Below are positions 10,419-23,558 of a DNA stretch of 64,000 bases, piece by piece. Under the pieces are notes generated by a model. It saw only the letters and a list, made by a program, of their open reading frames with translations. It was not told the DNA's origin and made no database searches. Every line of letters starts with the position of its first letter. Positions within the stretch are counted from its first letter, which is position 1. The stretch lies in assembly GCA_002269645.1 (NCBI GenBank), contig NIVC01002993.1, positions 1 through 64,000 of the forward strand. The letters are read 5' to 3'. Origin of the DNA: Macrostomum lignano (Eukaryota). The translations under genes were made by a program, and so were the position numbers.

Positions 10419-12578
10419 AGGGTGAATCCAAAAATGAATACAGAAAATTTTTTGTGTCTTGCTAAAATTTTCAGCAAACAGAGAATTGTTGCAGCATCAT
10501 TACAATAAAAAGATGATTAGATAACTAATTTCTATGTAAAACATCATAAAATAGATTGGTAAGATGAAACGCAAAGGTTTATTTTGTAAAAAAGTTCGGA
10601 AAAATTCAACAAAACGAATGTCTTTTTTGAAGCACCTTCCTTTTAAATAACTATAATTTTACTAGTACTTAATGGGGATACTCTATTTTGGTGTCATTTT
10701 TTTCCTTTTATTCAAGTAAAGTTGTTTTACTACTTAATAATATTTAAAACGTGTCAGCCATATTGATTTTCAAGAAAAATGTGTGTCTCCCAATTTCATT
10801 GTCCATTTATCGATGCCTATATTGTCCACTGATTGATGCCTTGAATTTAATTTTGGTAAGTTGGTTGTATTTGCATTATTATATATTTTAACATTTCTTT
10901 TGTACTCATATTGTCATGTAATCTCTTAGACATTGATAAAGTTGTTCGTGTCTGTACATTGCAAAAACATTTTTTGAGTTATACTCTAATAGCACAAAAT
11001 GTCCACTTACCAATGGCATCGATAGTGGACAAGTGACGTCGGTAAGTGGACAAGTAACGTTGGTGAGTGGACAAAGAGCATAAATGAGTGAATTAATTAG
11101 CTTTGCAAGCTAATAAATTGACTTATAAGGTATTTTAACTATTTTAATGTATCTTTAAATAATTTTAAATCATCAAGTATCTATTCTTTTTGAAAATACA
11201 TGAAGCTTTTCAGCTCTAAAGATCAGAAAACCAAATGAATCTTTAGTGACTCTCTAAAATATAAAATAGGCACTTTATTGCTTTTAATTATTTGTTTTGT
11301 CTATTGTTAGGCTCAAAATCATTTTAAGATTTAAATTTATTATTAATATTTTATAGTATATTATTTTTAGAATATTTGTATTAACATGCTTATAAATTTT
11401 AATATTAATAGCCACAAACTAATGTATATTCAAAGTAAAATTATATTAAGAGCTTTAGTATGCTTCAAGAGTTTTGAAATGTCAATTAAATATGTTAGCT
11501 AATTAACGATATTTTATTTTAAACATATTGTTTCTTTTTTTATTGCAGACTTCAAGTCTTAAACCTGTGCTACTATGGTTAATCGCGAACTCAAAAAAGC
11601 TCAAGATAAATGCTATGTTGAAAAGCAAAAGGCAGAGAACCCTATTGCCTTTAATGCTAGAAAGGCAGCTGCAACTAAGCAATATAGTGAAAGAAAGAAG
11701 ACAAACATGTCTGCCAGAGAAAAACGTCATCATCAAAAGAAAGATTGGCTACGAAAACGAACCGAAAGAGCAGCCAAAAAAGCTGCTACTAATCCAGCAC
11801 CATTGATTATAGCAAGTTTGTCAACTGACAATTTGGATGATGCTGATAATCTCAATTCAACTAGCATTGTGAATGCTAATTCTAGTCCTAGATCAGTTCA
11901 TTCTGATCCTGTAAGCACTATCTCTAGTCCAGCTACTAATAGTGAAAGTGCTTCAACTTCAGCTGCCAGTACTGGAGATGCAAAGTCCACAAATTGAAGT
12001 GCATGCAATTGTGTATTGCCTACACTTGTACCAACGCTGGTGAATTAAAAGCCTTTTTTCAAAAAAGTTTATTATGTTTGCCTTTATATGTACAAATTTT
12101 TTGCATTGAAAATAAACTAGATACTGTACAGCATTCATTACTTTTTACACTTTTCAGTTTGCCATTTTGTTTTTTCTTAATGAAAAAACAAATACATGTC
12201 ACATCTAAATCATAATTAACTCTTAGCATTGTCAAATGCAGTGTGTCTATGGTAATAAGTAATCAATGTCCACTCACTGGCGCTTCTTGTCCACTCACCA
12301 GCGCTTCTTGTCCACTTACTGATGCCTTTTGTCCACTTACCGACGCCTTCTGTCTACTTACCGACGCCTTCTGTCCACTTACCAACACCTTGTGTCTACT
12401 TATGGACACTCTCAAAATAAAAAAGTGCATTTATTTCTGGGGATATACTTATCTTGTGCATAAGACTTTGTATGTTGCTTTCCTAGTATGTTTGCTTCCT
12501 AAAACAACTAAGAAGAACAATATATTGCACTAAAAAATTACGGTATACTACTTCTGTATCATTTTTTGGATTCAACCA
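10419..12578. mobile_element. TA-flanked terminal-inverted-repeat element (Tc1/mariner-like ends, no transposase seen)
   Basis: Left end TA|AGGGTGAATCCAAAAATGAATACAGAA (10419-10445); right end TTCTGTATCATTTTTTGGATTCAACCA|TA (12552-12578). Inverted blocks of 21-bp subterminal repeats with an AGTGGACA/TGTCCACT core at 11021-11076 and 12267-12410. Confidence 0.6.
11575..11997 (+). CDS. 140-aa ORF inside the TIR element: basic helical N-terminus, Ser/Thr-rich tail, unknown function
   Basis: Non-repetitive open frame in very AT-rich DNA. K/R-rich segment ERKKTNMSAREKRHHQKKDWLRKR. Confidence 0.4.
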   Translation: MVNRELKKAQDKCYVEKQKAENPIAFNARKAAATKQYSERKKTNMSAREKRHHQKKDWLRKRTERAAKKAATNPAPLIIASLSTDNLDDADNLNSTSIVNANSSPRSVHSDPVSTISSPATNSESASTSAASTGDAKSTN

Positions 12579-15500
12579 TACAATGTCATTCAATAGCTTC
12601 CATCTAAGCTTTATAGTATAGATATATACTGGCATTAAAAATTACTTAAGATTTGCTTTTATTATTTACAGTATGGAGCCACTTTATTTGCACACCTGTG
12701 CAAATAGTGCTAACACCTGGCATCGCGGCCAGATTACCAGGCCACGGATGACCTTGGTTGGCTTGGATGGCTGCGCTTCGGCTGTGGCAGCAAAGTTCAT
12801 CATAGCAGGGACTTGCAGAGGTCAGCGCAGCGCGCAGCGTCCCACTGAGTGACGGCATGAGCGCAACTGGCAAGGGTGACTCCATGGCGCGGCCAGGCGC
12901 CTGGGCCTGTTGTTCCTAGTCCCTGCTAGCTCCCCAACGGGGGGGGGCGTAGATTGCTAGTAAGTTCTATTAATATTATGATATAGTGCATAGCCAATTA
13001 TTTTTACAACATGCTATCTTCTTTTCTTAATTATTATCTTTTGGGCCTATTATAATATTATTTTAGCTATGTATATACCACTTTAAATTGCATTACTAGT
13101 AGACCTAGATACTTCTTCTTATGCTAAATATTGATCTTTTCTATATATACCTTTGCACTTCCATCTTTGCAAATGAGTATATTCTTGTATCCACCTCTTC
13201 TCATGTGCTCTTATATCCTTTGCATGCATATATCCTGATGCTTATTGCTACATACAAAACTATTACCAAGTGAATCTATACTACATACCTTTCTAAAAAT
13301 GGCCATTTGCTACAATAGGGTAAAGTAAAAGCCACTAAATTGTTATTAACAACCCTAGGTAAGGCAATGCATTTGCTATTGGTATCTAAAAAATAAATAT
13401 GATTTTTGGGAGATTTTTACTTTGCCATATTTATTTATTAACTTAGCCAAAATTGAAGCACTCTTTTATTTTATAATAACCTAGCCTTACCTCTAAGGCT
13501 AGATTTTTTTTGAAACACTAGGGATTATATCATAGGATACTATATTATTTGTCTACTACTTGTCGATTGGCAAACAGCCCAAATTGAAAAGTTCAAAACA
13601 TTATAAAAATGCAAAATAATTTAAAGGAACATTTACAATTAAATTTGGGACGAGGGGTCCCAAAAGTCGGTACACTTTCTTCACTATAGCCTTTTCTGAC
13701 TGATCAGAAATATTAAGTCGTTTACAGTTGAAAAGAGAATTATCTGCCCATTAAAATGACTTTCTGCTTATTTCTGTATCTGCTGGCATTCTTGAAATAT
13801 GAGCACTTTTCTGCCCTACCCCCTATGTTACTTTTACAAATTGCCATAGACCAAAGCTTCGTACCTAATGCATGAAACAATGAAACATTTAACGATTCAA
13901 CAAAACATCCACAACATGAAAGCTGAGGAAATAACAGTCAAAAGTTAATCATCAACATTGTTGTGAGGCTTCTCCACATAGTCACCACTGCGCTGCATAC
14001 TTCACTTTTTGGCAGTGATATTCCAATAGTGCAATTAGGCTTAATGGTATAATATAGCATAGAGCTATATTTATTTTTAAAAAAAATTATTTATTATAAA
14101 AATTATTATAAAATTATAAAAATTATTTATTTTAGCATAGAGCCGAGGATTGCTGACATGCTGGATGATGAACATCTAAAAAGACTGAGAAAAACTGTTA
14201 GGCTTTATTTCAATGTACTAAAATATGCTTTAAAAACTGAACCCATCTATATATAAAATGTGGCCCGTGCGGAATAATAATGATCACATTAAACAATAAT
14301 TTTAAATAAGATCTCTGATTGAATTTGATCACTATTTTTCTAGTGTTAAAGGTGCTATTGTTACTTGTATTTCCTTTTTATCTTTGTACAAAACTGTATT
14401 TTTTGCTTTACTGAACTATAAAAGCTTTTGTAACTTGCAGTGCGCACTGTTGTTTTGTTTTAGTATATAAAATCGGTAACTTTTTAAAAGAGGAAAAAAC
14501 TAAGAAAACGTTGCAAAGTAAATTAAAAGATCGGATATTTTTATGAAGTCATGATACTTACTTTGAACTTTGTACTTTGTAGTTCTTTACGAAAAAAAAA
14601 TTTGGGTTTTGATGCTTTGTTTTCAGTAACCTTCCAAATTAATAAATGCTGCTCTTAAAAAAAACTTGCAACATCATGAAAACGATTTTTGTACATTTAT
14701 GTACATTTACATTTGCATTACATGTACATTTGTACAGAATCATATTAAATCATGAAATGTTTATCAAATTATTTAATAGAAAAATATTTTAATTTTTAAA
14801 CATTTATTGCACTCTTAATGAAAACGCATAAATTTGATACTTTTAAATTAATGTTTGAAAACATTTAGCATTAATTCTTAAAAACATTTATCAAACATTC
14901 ACATTATTAAAATTCACTAAGCCTCTTCACATTACTAATTCCAGAACCAGAATCGGTTCGGATCTTTCAAGAAAAACAGCAGTATAACTATTTAACCTGT
15001 TAATATTTGACTGCCTTAACAGCGTCACTTTGCACAATTTTTCACTTTCTTCTTGGCGATTTTCATTCAATAATTAAAAGTTTATAGCAAGCATATCCCT
15101 CTAGTTAAAGAGACAGAAAGTTATACTTTACAAATTGGTTTTGGTTCTAGAACCAGAACAAGCAATATGAAAAGCCTCACTAATTTATAAATTATGAGTA
15201 ATAAAATTTAAATCATTAATTATTTTTAATTAAATGCATTTAGAACATATATTTCTGTTATAAATATTTAGTATAAATATTTAGCTAGGTGCAAAAACTG
15301 CATTTTCTTTATTTGAACTGTTTTTTAAGCTAAAATTATTTTTTTCAAGTCAAGTTTAGTCATATTATATTAGTTAATAACTAAAAAAGAAATAATAAAA
15401 GTTAAGTAAGCAACCAAATTAAAATTATTAAGATAAGTAGCCATAAGTCAAGATTAAAGTTAAACATTTATTACATATCTTGCAATTGCATAAGTGCATA

Positions 15501-16407
15501 CCCTAGACAGGGACTAGTCAATTCTCAAGAATTGAATAGTCCTTGACCCTAGACCATAACTATATATATATCAATATTATATCCCATTTTGACTTGCACA
15601 CTGTTGAATACTAAGAAATACTATTGTATGCAAAATAGTTTCCAAAAAATAATGAACAATAATTTTTCTTTTGAAAACAACAACTTGACAATATTTAAAA
15701 CTAAAAATTTATTGTTATATCTCTTTATGACTCTTTTGGTTTGGACCTAATAAAAAGCCAAATATATAATTTACTGAAAACACATTTTTTTAGGCTTTGA
15801 ATGTTTAAACAATTTTTTTTTTAAACTGAGTGTCTGAATCCTAAATATAGGATAGTAGATATAAAAATGACTATTGCTATTTTGGCTAGAGGTTAATTAA
15901 GAAGAGAAGAGTGCTTTTGACAGAGACTAGGAGTCTATACTATAAAATATCTATTACTTCTAAAGGAATCAAGATTTAAGAATAAAAGAAATTGGGGAGG
16001 GGGGTCATCTGAGATCATTCTGTAACTATTGTATATTGGATGAGCCATCTGAGGAAGTCAGGGGGTCAACTGTTCCCTATTTAAACTAAAGATCAAATTC
16101 CATAGAAAAGCTTGTCTGCTTTGCTAAATTGGCATAAAATTTGCTAGAAGTACCAAAGTATAACAAAAATATTATAGTCAGTGGGCATGGGCTAATCTTA
16201 CCTTATTGAAAATGTGCATTTTAGGGAGGCATTCTATGATATAATTTACAAGATATAGGATATTTCCTTTGTCTTGCTTATTACTGAATACAGTAAATGG
16301 GATTTTTAGTAGTGAGTTAAGCATATTTGCGCATAAAAACTCCCATATATGGCCAACACCGCAAAGCAGCTGTTATAATTGGCCCCGAGTTCAGCTTCCC
16401 CAGCCCC

Positions 16408-16461
16408 CATTGGCGGCCAATCAGGCGCGGTCCCCGACCCCACTGAGAAAATCTTATAAAT
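16408..16461 (+). promoter_or_regulatory. Candidate E78 core promoter: two CCAAT boxes and a TATA-like element
   Basis: CATTGG 16408-16413, CCAAT 16417-16421, TATAAAT 16455-16461, followed by a plausible 66-nt 5'UTR intron GTATGC...CATCTACAG at 16499-16564. Confidence 0.4.
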
Positions 16462-16718
16462 AAAAACTCTTTTTTATTTAAACAGCAATTCTCCCAAGGT
16501 ATGCGGCTGTTCGATTTGCTTTTAAATTTGATTTGATATATTTTTTCTGAACTTCCATCTACAGCAACCTAGACTAGAAGGCTCCAGAATCTTATTATCA
16601 ATCCGAATACTTTTCCAGTTGGCAACTGGCCGCCAACAATGCCCGCCATTTGGTCCCAACAGCCGAGGCCGCGGCCGTTGACGGACTGCCGAGTCTTCTA
16701 GTAGCAGCAACCACTACT

Positions 16719-17702
16719 ATGAGCTGGGACTACCATCATCACCATCCTCATCACCAGGCCGCAGCTGCCGCGGCTCACATGGCAACGGCTTCAATCTCGT
16801 CGGCGGTATCAACATCGGCGGCGTCCGAATCGGCATCCGCAGCGCCGCCTCCGACTACTTCGCCGCTGGCAGCGCTGATTCCTCTGTGCCGACGGCAGGC
16901 GCCTCCACCGCCTGCGCCGCCGCCACCGCCGCCGCCGCCGCCTCACCAGCCGCAGCCGGCGCTGCACGCCGTCCCACCAGCCGCTTATCAATGCATCCAG
17001 AAGCACCCGGATCAGCAGCAGAGAGTCAGTCACCGACAGCCTGATCCCGACATCGGCAGCGTTACCAATGGCAACGGCGGCGGCAGCGGCGGCTCCTTCA
17101 CGCCGTGCAAAGTGTGCGGCGACAAGGCCAGCGGCTATCACTACGGCGTGATCTCCTGCGAAGGCTGCAAAGGCTTCTTTAGGCGCAGCATACAGAAGCA
17201 GATTCAGTACAAATGCCTGCGCGACGGCCGATGTCCCGTCATTCGAGTCAATCGCAATCGCTGCCAGCACTGCAGATTCCGAAAGTGCCTGTCGGCCGGC
17301 ATGTCCAAGGACTCCGTGCGCTACGGCCGAGTGTCCACAACTACGACGGCCACCGCGGCGTCGGCCTCGTCAGCTCCAACGTCGACGCCCGCGGCCGCTC
17401 CGGCGACTCGGCCTGCTGGGATCGTTGAGGCGCCGCCGCCGCCGCCACAGTTTCAACAGCAGCTGCTTCGGCCGCCAACTTGTCAGCAGGGCTATCAGCA
17501 TCCGCAGCAGCACTATCAGCAGCAGCACCAGCCCCGGCACCAGCTTCAGCAGCAGCTCCAACACCAGCCGCGCAAGCCGGACCCAGACGAAGACGCCAGT
17601 CAGCGCCAACTGGCCGCTTCCGTTCATCAGGCGTTTCGGGCGGCCAGCGCCTACTGCGATGTCCGACTGGCCCAGCTGCCTGGCACCCGGCACTGCTCGC
17701 TG
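16719..17702 (+). CDS. E78: Nuclear receptor E78 (NR1E)-like, exon 1 (A/B region, DBD, hinge)
   Basis: [46 protein letters not shown]...[21 protein letters not shown] with P-box CEGCKG, characteristic of E78. Donor CTG|GTCAGT at 17702/17703, phase 0. Confidence 0.9.
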
Positions 17703-17735
17703 GTCAGTTTCAGGCCTTGCTTTCAGATGTTTTGT

Positions 17736-20380
17736 TCTGATTCTCCCTGATTCTCTCTGATTCTCCCTGATTCTCTCTGATTCTCCCTGATTCTCTCTGA
17801 TTCTCCCTGATTCTCTCTGATTCTCCCTGATATCTCTCCCTGATTCTCTCTGATTCTCCCTGATTCTCCCTGATATCTCTCCCTGATTCTCTCTGATTCT
17901 CTCTGATTCTCCCTGATTCTCTCTGATATCTCTCTGATTCTCTCTGATTCTCCCTGATTCTCTCTGATATCTCTCTGATATCTCTCTGATTCTCCCTGAT
18001 ATCTCTCCCTGATTCTCTCTGATTCTCCCTGATTCTCTCTGATTCTCCCTGATATCTCTCCCTGATTCTCTCTGATTCTCTCTGATTCTCCCTGATTCTC
18101 CCTGATATCTCTCTGATTCTCTCTGATTCTCCCTGATTCTCCCTGATATCTCTCTGATTCTCTCTGATTCTCCCTGATTCTCCCGGATATCTCTCTGATT
18201 CTCTCTGATTCTCCCTGATTCTCCCTGATATCTCTCTCTGATTCTCCCTGATTTTCCTTGATTCTCCCTGATTCTCTCTGATTCTCCCCGATTCTCCCTG
18301 ATTTTCCCTGATTCTCCCTGATTCTCCCTAATATCTCTCTTTGATTCTCTTTGATTCTCCCTGATTCTCCCTGATATCTCTCTGATTCTCTCTGATTCTC
18401 CCTGATTCTCCCTGATATCTCTCCCTGATTCTCCCTGATTTTCCTTGATTCTCCCTGATTCTCTCTGATTCTCCCCGATTCTCCCTGATTTTCCCTGATT
18501 CTCCCTGATTCTCCCTAATATCTCTCCTTGATTCTCTCTGATTCTCCCTGATTCTCTCTGATATCTCTCTGATATCTCTCTGATTCTCCCTGATATCTCT
18601 CCCTGATTCTCTCTGATTCTCACTGATTCTCCCTGATTCTCCCTGATATCTCTCCCTGATTCTCTCTGATTCTCTCTGATTCTCCCTGATTCTCTCTGAT
18701 ATCTCTCTGATTCTCCCTGATATCTCTCCCTGATTCTCTCTGATATCTCTCTGATATCTCTCTGATTCTCCCTGATATCTCTCCCTGATTCTCTCTGATT
18801 CTCCCTGATTCTCTCTGATTCTCCCTGATTCTCTCTGATTCTCCCTGATATCTCTCCCTGATTCTCTCTGATTCTCTCTGATTCTCCCTGATTCTCCCTG
18901 ATATCTCTCCCTGATTCTTTCTGATTCTCCCTGATTCTCCCTGATATCTCTCCCTGATTCTCTCTGATTCTCCCTGATATCTCTCTGATTCTCTCTGATT
19001 CTCCCTGATTCTCCCTGATATCTCTCTGATTCTCTCTGATTCTCCCTGATTCTCCCTGATTCTCCCGGATATCTCTCTGATTCTCTCTGATTCTCCCTGA
19101 TTCTCCCTGATATCTCTCTCTGATTCTCCCTGATTTTCCTTGATTCTCCCTGATTCTCTCTGATTCTCCCCGATTCTCCCTGATTTTCCCTGATTCTCCC
19201 TGATTCTCCCTAATATCTCTCTTTGATTCTCTTTGATTCTCCCTGATTCTCCCTGATATCTCTCTGATTCTCTCTGATTCTCCCTGATTCTCCCTGATAT
19301 CTCTCCCTGATTCTCCCTGATTTTCCTTGATTCTCCCTGATTCTCTCTGATTCTCCCCGATTCTCCCTGATTTTCCCTGATTCTCCCTGATTCTCCCTAA
19401 TATCTCTCCTTGATTCTCCCTGATATCTCTCTGATTCTCCCTGATTCTCTCTGATTCTCCTTGATTCTCCTTGATTCTCCTTGATTCTCCTTGATTCTCC
19501 TTGATTCTCCTTGATTCTCCTTGATTCTCCTTGATTCTCCTTGATTCTCACTGATTCTCTTTGATTCTCACTGATATCCCTCGCTGATTTTCCTTAATTC
19601 TCCCTGATATCTCTGATTCTCCCCGATTCTGTCTAATTCTCACTGATATCTCTGATTCTCCCCGATTCTCTCTGATTCTCCCTGATTCTCCCTGATATCT
19701 CTCTGATTCTCCCTGATATCTCTCTGATTCTCCCTGATTCTCCCCGATTCTCTCTGATTCTCTCTGATTCTCCTTGATTCTCACTGATTCTCTTTGATTC
19801 TCCCTGATATCTCTCTCTGATTCTGATTCTCCCTGATTTTCCCTGATTCTCCCTGATTCTCCCCGATTCTCTCTGATTCTCCCTGATTCTCCTTGATTCT
19901 CACTGATTCTCTTTGATTCTCCCTGATATCTCTCTGATTTTCCCTGATTCTCCCTGATTCTCCCCGATTCTCTCTGATTCTCTCTGATTCTCCTTGATTC
20001 TCACTGATTCTCTTTGATTCTCCCTGATATCTCTCTCTGATTCTGATTCTCCCTGATTTTCCCTGATTCTCCCTGATTCTCCCTGATATCTCTCTGATTC
20101 TCCCTGATATCTCTCTGATTCTCCCTGATATCTCTCTCTGATTCTCCCTGATATCTCTCTGATTCTCTCTGATTCTCCCTGATTCTCCCTGATATCTCTC
20201 TCTGATTCTCCCTGATATCTCTCTCTGATTCTCCCTGATATCTCTCTCTGATTCTCCCTGATATCTCTCTCTGATTCTCCCTGATATCTCTCTCTGATTC
20301 TCCCTGATATCTCTCTCTGATTCTCCCTGATATCTCTCTCTGATTCTCCCTGATATCTCTCTCTGATTCTCCCTGATATC
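17736..20380. repeat. 10-bp GATTCTCCCT/GATTCTCTCT satellite, about 2.6 kb
   Basis: Starts about 35 nt after the E78 exon-1 donor. Source of the spurious RIRENQ ORFs. Contains an 882-bp internal duplication. Confidence 0.97.
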
Positions 20381-21635
20381 TTCCATTTTCCCGCTCTGCA
20401 ATTAGAGTGGAGATTGGGGGCCGCTGTTGCCCTCAGCATGACTGCCAGCTGTGCCTGCGAGCAGAAGCCGCACAGCACAGTAAGAGGGGGCTGGCGGCAC
20501 ACTTGGCCCAAAGGTGTCTATCCCCCAGCTTTCCAATTCCATAAAGCCGCAAGTCGCATTCCAGCTTATGTTTTTCCCTCCTATTCTCTCTGCTTGTCAT
20601 ATTGCTATGCAACCCAGCATATTGCCTAGCAATTTTTGTCTTCGTTTCTTTGTTTCACCGGCAATCCTCTCATTCGGCTTGTCTTGACCTTGTCAGCTGT
20701 CAGCTTGCCAAAGAGGAATCGAACCCGCTGCACTGCTGCTGCTGTGTGTGGGTGGGTGGCTGGCCGTTGGGATCTGGCGGGCGAATCTTGAATCGCGCAC
20801 GCCACTCGAATGCATTCTTCTTCTTCATTTGCTGGGTGGCCAAATTTTGCTTTTCCACTCCGGCTTCAATGTGGTTTTGTGTCTTTTCCTTTGTTTCCTG
20901 TCTGACAGGTCCTTCTAGCCTTACAGCAATGGAAAGTTGACAGTTGCAGGCAGTAGCTCTGTGTGTAGTGTAAAAACCGTATCTCTAATTAGCTGAGTGC
21001 GATAGCTATGCTCTCCGTGTCCCCGATCCACGTGTCAATTCTATTGAGGATGTGACGGGGGGGCTGGCATGGATGACATAAGCTTAGGATTGGGACAATT
21101 TGCGCAGAACAAATTTTTATAATGTCGGCGATATTCTCTCAACTGGCTGAGAAGTAAACCCTATGGATGTGGCAAGTTAGGGAGCGAGTTTTATCCGTCT
21201 GACAATAGGCCTTCTTCGAGTCTTTTGTGTGTTGCATTCACCAGACTCCAGGTGCGCAGTGTGAGGTGTGGGGCTACCCCCCCCCCCCCACTTGTGCCTT
21301 AATTGTTAGCGTCTCAAACACGCCGGGTCACCCGTGTTTGCTTTTTTTCCACCCTTTTAAGCTGCCTTACAGACAGGCCGGCTCCCTGTAGCCTGGCAAT
21401 CCCGGGGAGCCGCATTTCAAACTGTCTGTCAGTTCAGTGAGCTCAGTAAGAGTTTGTTTTTTCACCTTTCTCTCCTAGTTTTTTATTCCTTTTCCTTTTT
21501 TCGATTTCTATTTTTCAATCATTCTATTGCAGTAGTTAAGATAAGTTTTTTGAACCTAGTTTTTTATTTATATTAATTGGCAGCTTAGTTGAAGCGATCC
21601 GTTAGCCAGGGACTACTAAATGTAGAGTCTGTATC

Positions 21636-21914
21636 GGGGGGGGGCTTTTCACAAGATCGAAATTTCACAACGTCGAAAATTTAATATAACAAGAACCATA
21701 CAGTAGTTTCCTACGTTGTGAAATTTCGAGCTTGTGAAATTTCGACCTTATGAAGTCTCTTGCTAAAGTTTTCGATGTTGTGAAATTTCGACCTTATGAA
21801 GTCTCTTGCTAAAGTTTTCGATGTTGTGAAATTTCGACCTTGTGAAATTTCGATCTTGTGAAAGAAGGTGCTTTCGACGTTGTGAAATTTCGAGTTTGTG
21901 AAACCCCCCCCCCC
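21636..21914. mobile_element. MITE with G-run/C-run termini and internal TTGTGAAATTTCGAC repeats
   Basis: TIR G9-CTTTTCACAAGATCGAAATTTCACAACGTCGAAA versus TTTCGACGTTGTGAAATTTCGAGTTTGTGAAA-C11. TGTATC direct repeat at 21630-21635 and 21915-21920. Confidence 0.8.
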
Positions 21915-22729
21915 TGTATCGGACTGCTCGCAAAATATTTAACAATAGGTTTATGTTTAATTGGAGCTGTGGTTTTCCAATCCAGATGTCTATGAGTTTT
22001 TTTATTGAAAAAATAGTCAACAAATTCTTCGTTGCCGACAGGTGGTGGGCCGTCCGGAGCCCTGATTTATTTGTGGCCTTGATTGGCGGAGTCCCTCCCT
22101 CCCGCAGTCTGCAGACTCTCAAGGCCACGTCTCCATGGTTCCCAGCTGCCTAGGTGGTCCCCAAAATCCTCTTCTAGTTTCAGAAATCGGACCCTGGTTT
22201 TTTAGTGCGTGTGTGTAGGAATGCTTTCAAGGTTTTTTTTCATACATGAATGAAGTTTTAAAATTGTCTTGAAAAAATGCTATTTAGTTAGTTGTATTAT
22301 AACTATATGCATATAAAAAGTATTCACTTAAAATTGAATAGGACTCTATTCTTATCTGGGGAGTTTAATCTGTATGCAGAAAAAAACCGATAAGATTTAT
22401 ACGGTTATTTACATTGACGGGTCACTGAGTTTTTGGACCGGGCCTTCATCCACTTTAGAACTCAATATGTAATAATATTGATAATAATAGTAATGTTGAT
22501 GATAGTAATACCGCTTTTTTATTGCCCTTACCCCCTTGGCTGTTGCGCAATAAATATGACAGCTCAGCACTTGACAGGCTATAGTTCGGTGTGATGGTTG
22601 GAGCCCCGGCCGCTGTTCGGTCTTTGTTGTCTAGTGACAGCCAGGGACCTCGGAATAATCTGGATTAGAAGCCCAATAAAAAAATTTGATAATTATCGTA
22701 ATTTGTGTATCATACTATCATTTCTAGTT

Positions 22730-23558
22730 TGTGAAGACTCTAGTTTGTAAAGATTCTGGTTTGTAAAGATTCTGGTTTGTAAAGACTCTAGTTTGTAAAG
22801 ATTCTGGTTTGTAAAGATTCTGGTTTGTAAAGATTCTGGTTTGTAAAGACTCTAGTTTGTGAAGATTCTGGTTTGTAAAGATTCTGGTTTGTAAAGACTC
22901 TAGTTTGTAAAGATTCTGGTTTGTAAAGATTCTGGTTTGTAAAGATTCTGGTTTGTAAAGATTCTGGTTTGTAAAGACTCTAGTTTGTGAAGATTCTAGC
23001 TTGTGAAGATTCTGGTTTGTAAAGCCTCTAGTTTGTAAAGACTCTAGTTTGTAAAGATTCTGGTTTGTAAAGATTCTGGTTTGTAAAGATTCTGGTTTGT
23101 AAAGACTCTAGTTTGTAAAGATTCTGGTTTGTAAAGATTCTGGTTTGTAAAGATTCTGGTTTGTAAAGACTCTAGTTTGTGAAGATTCTGGTTTGTAAAG
23201 ACTCTAGTTTGTAAAGATTCTGGTTTGTAAAGATTCTGGTTTGTAAAGACTCTAGTTTGTGAAGATTCTGGTTTGTAAAGATTCTGGTTTGTAAAGACTC
23301 TAGTTTGTAAAGATTCTGGTTTGTAAAGATTCTGGTTTGTAAAGACTCTAGTTTGTGAAGATTCTAGCTTGTGAAGACTCTAGTTTGTAAAGCCTCTAGT
23401 TTGTAAAGACTCTAGTTTGTGAAGATTCTAGTTTTTGAAGATTCTAGTTTGTAAAGATTCTAGATTGTGAAGATTCTAGATTGTGAAGATTCTAGATTGT
23501 AAAGATTCTGGTTTGTGAAGATTCTAGTTTGTGAATATTCTAGTTTGCGAAGATTCTA
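22730..23558. repeat. 16-bp minisatellite (TTTGTAAAGATTCTGG/TTTGTGAAGATTCTAG)
   Basis: Tandem units visible directly. Confidence 0.95.

Noticed and set aside
16809-17270. Antisense ORFs overlapping GC-rich exons (also 39777..40463, 50278..51267 and similar)
   Set aside because: They are expected shadows of high-GC3 coding strands and have no independent motifs.
17370-20511. RIRENQ-repeat ORFs resembling charged coiled-coil proteins
   Set aside because: They are antisense readings of the 10-bp GATTCTCCCT satellite.
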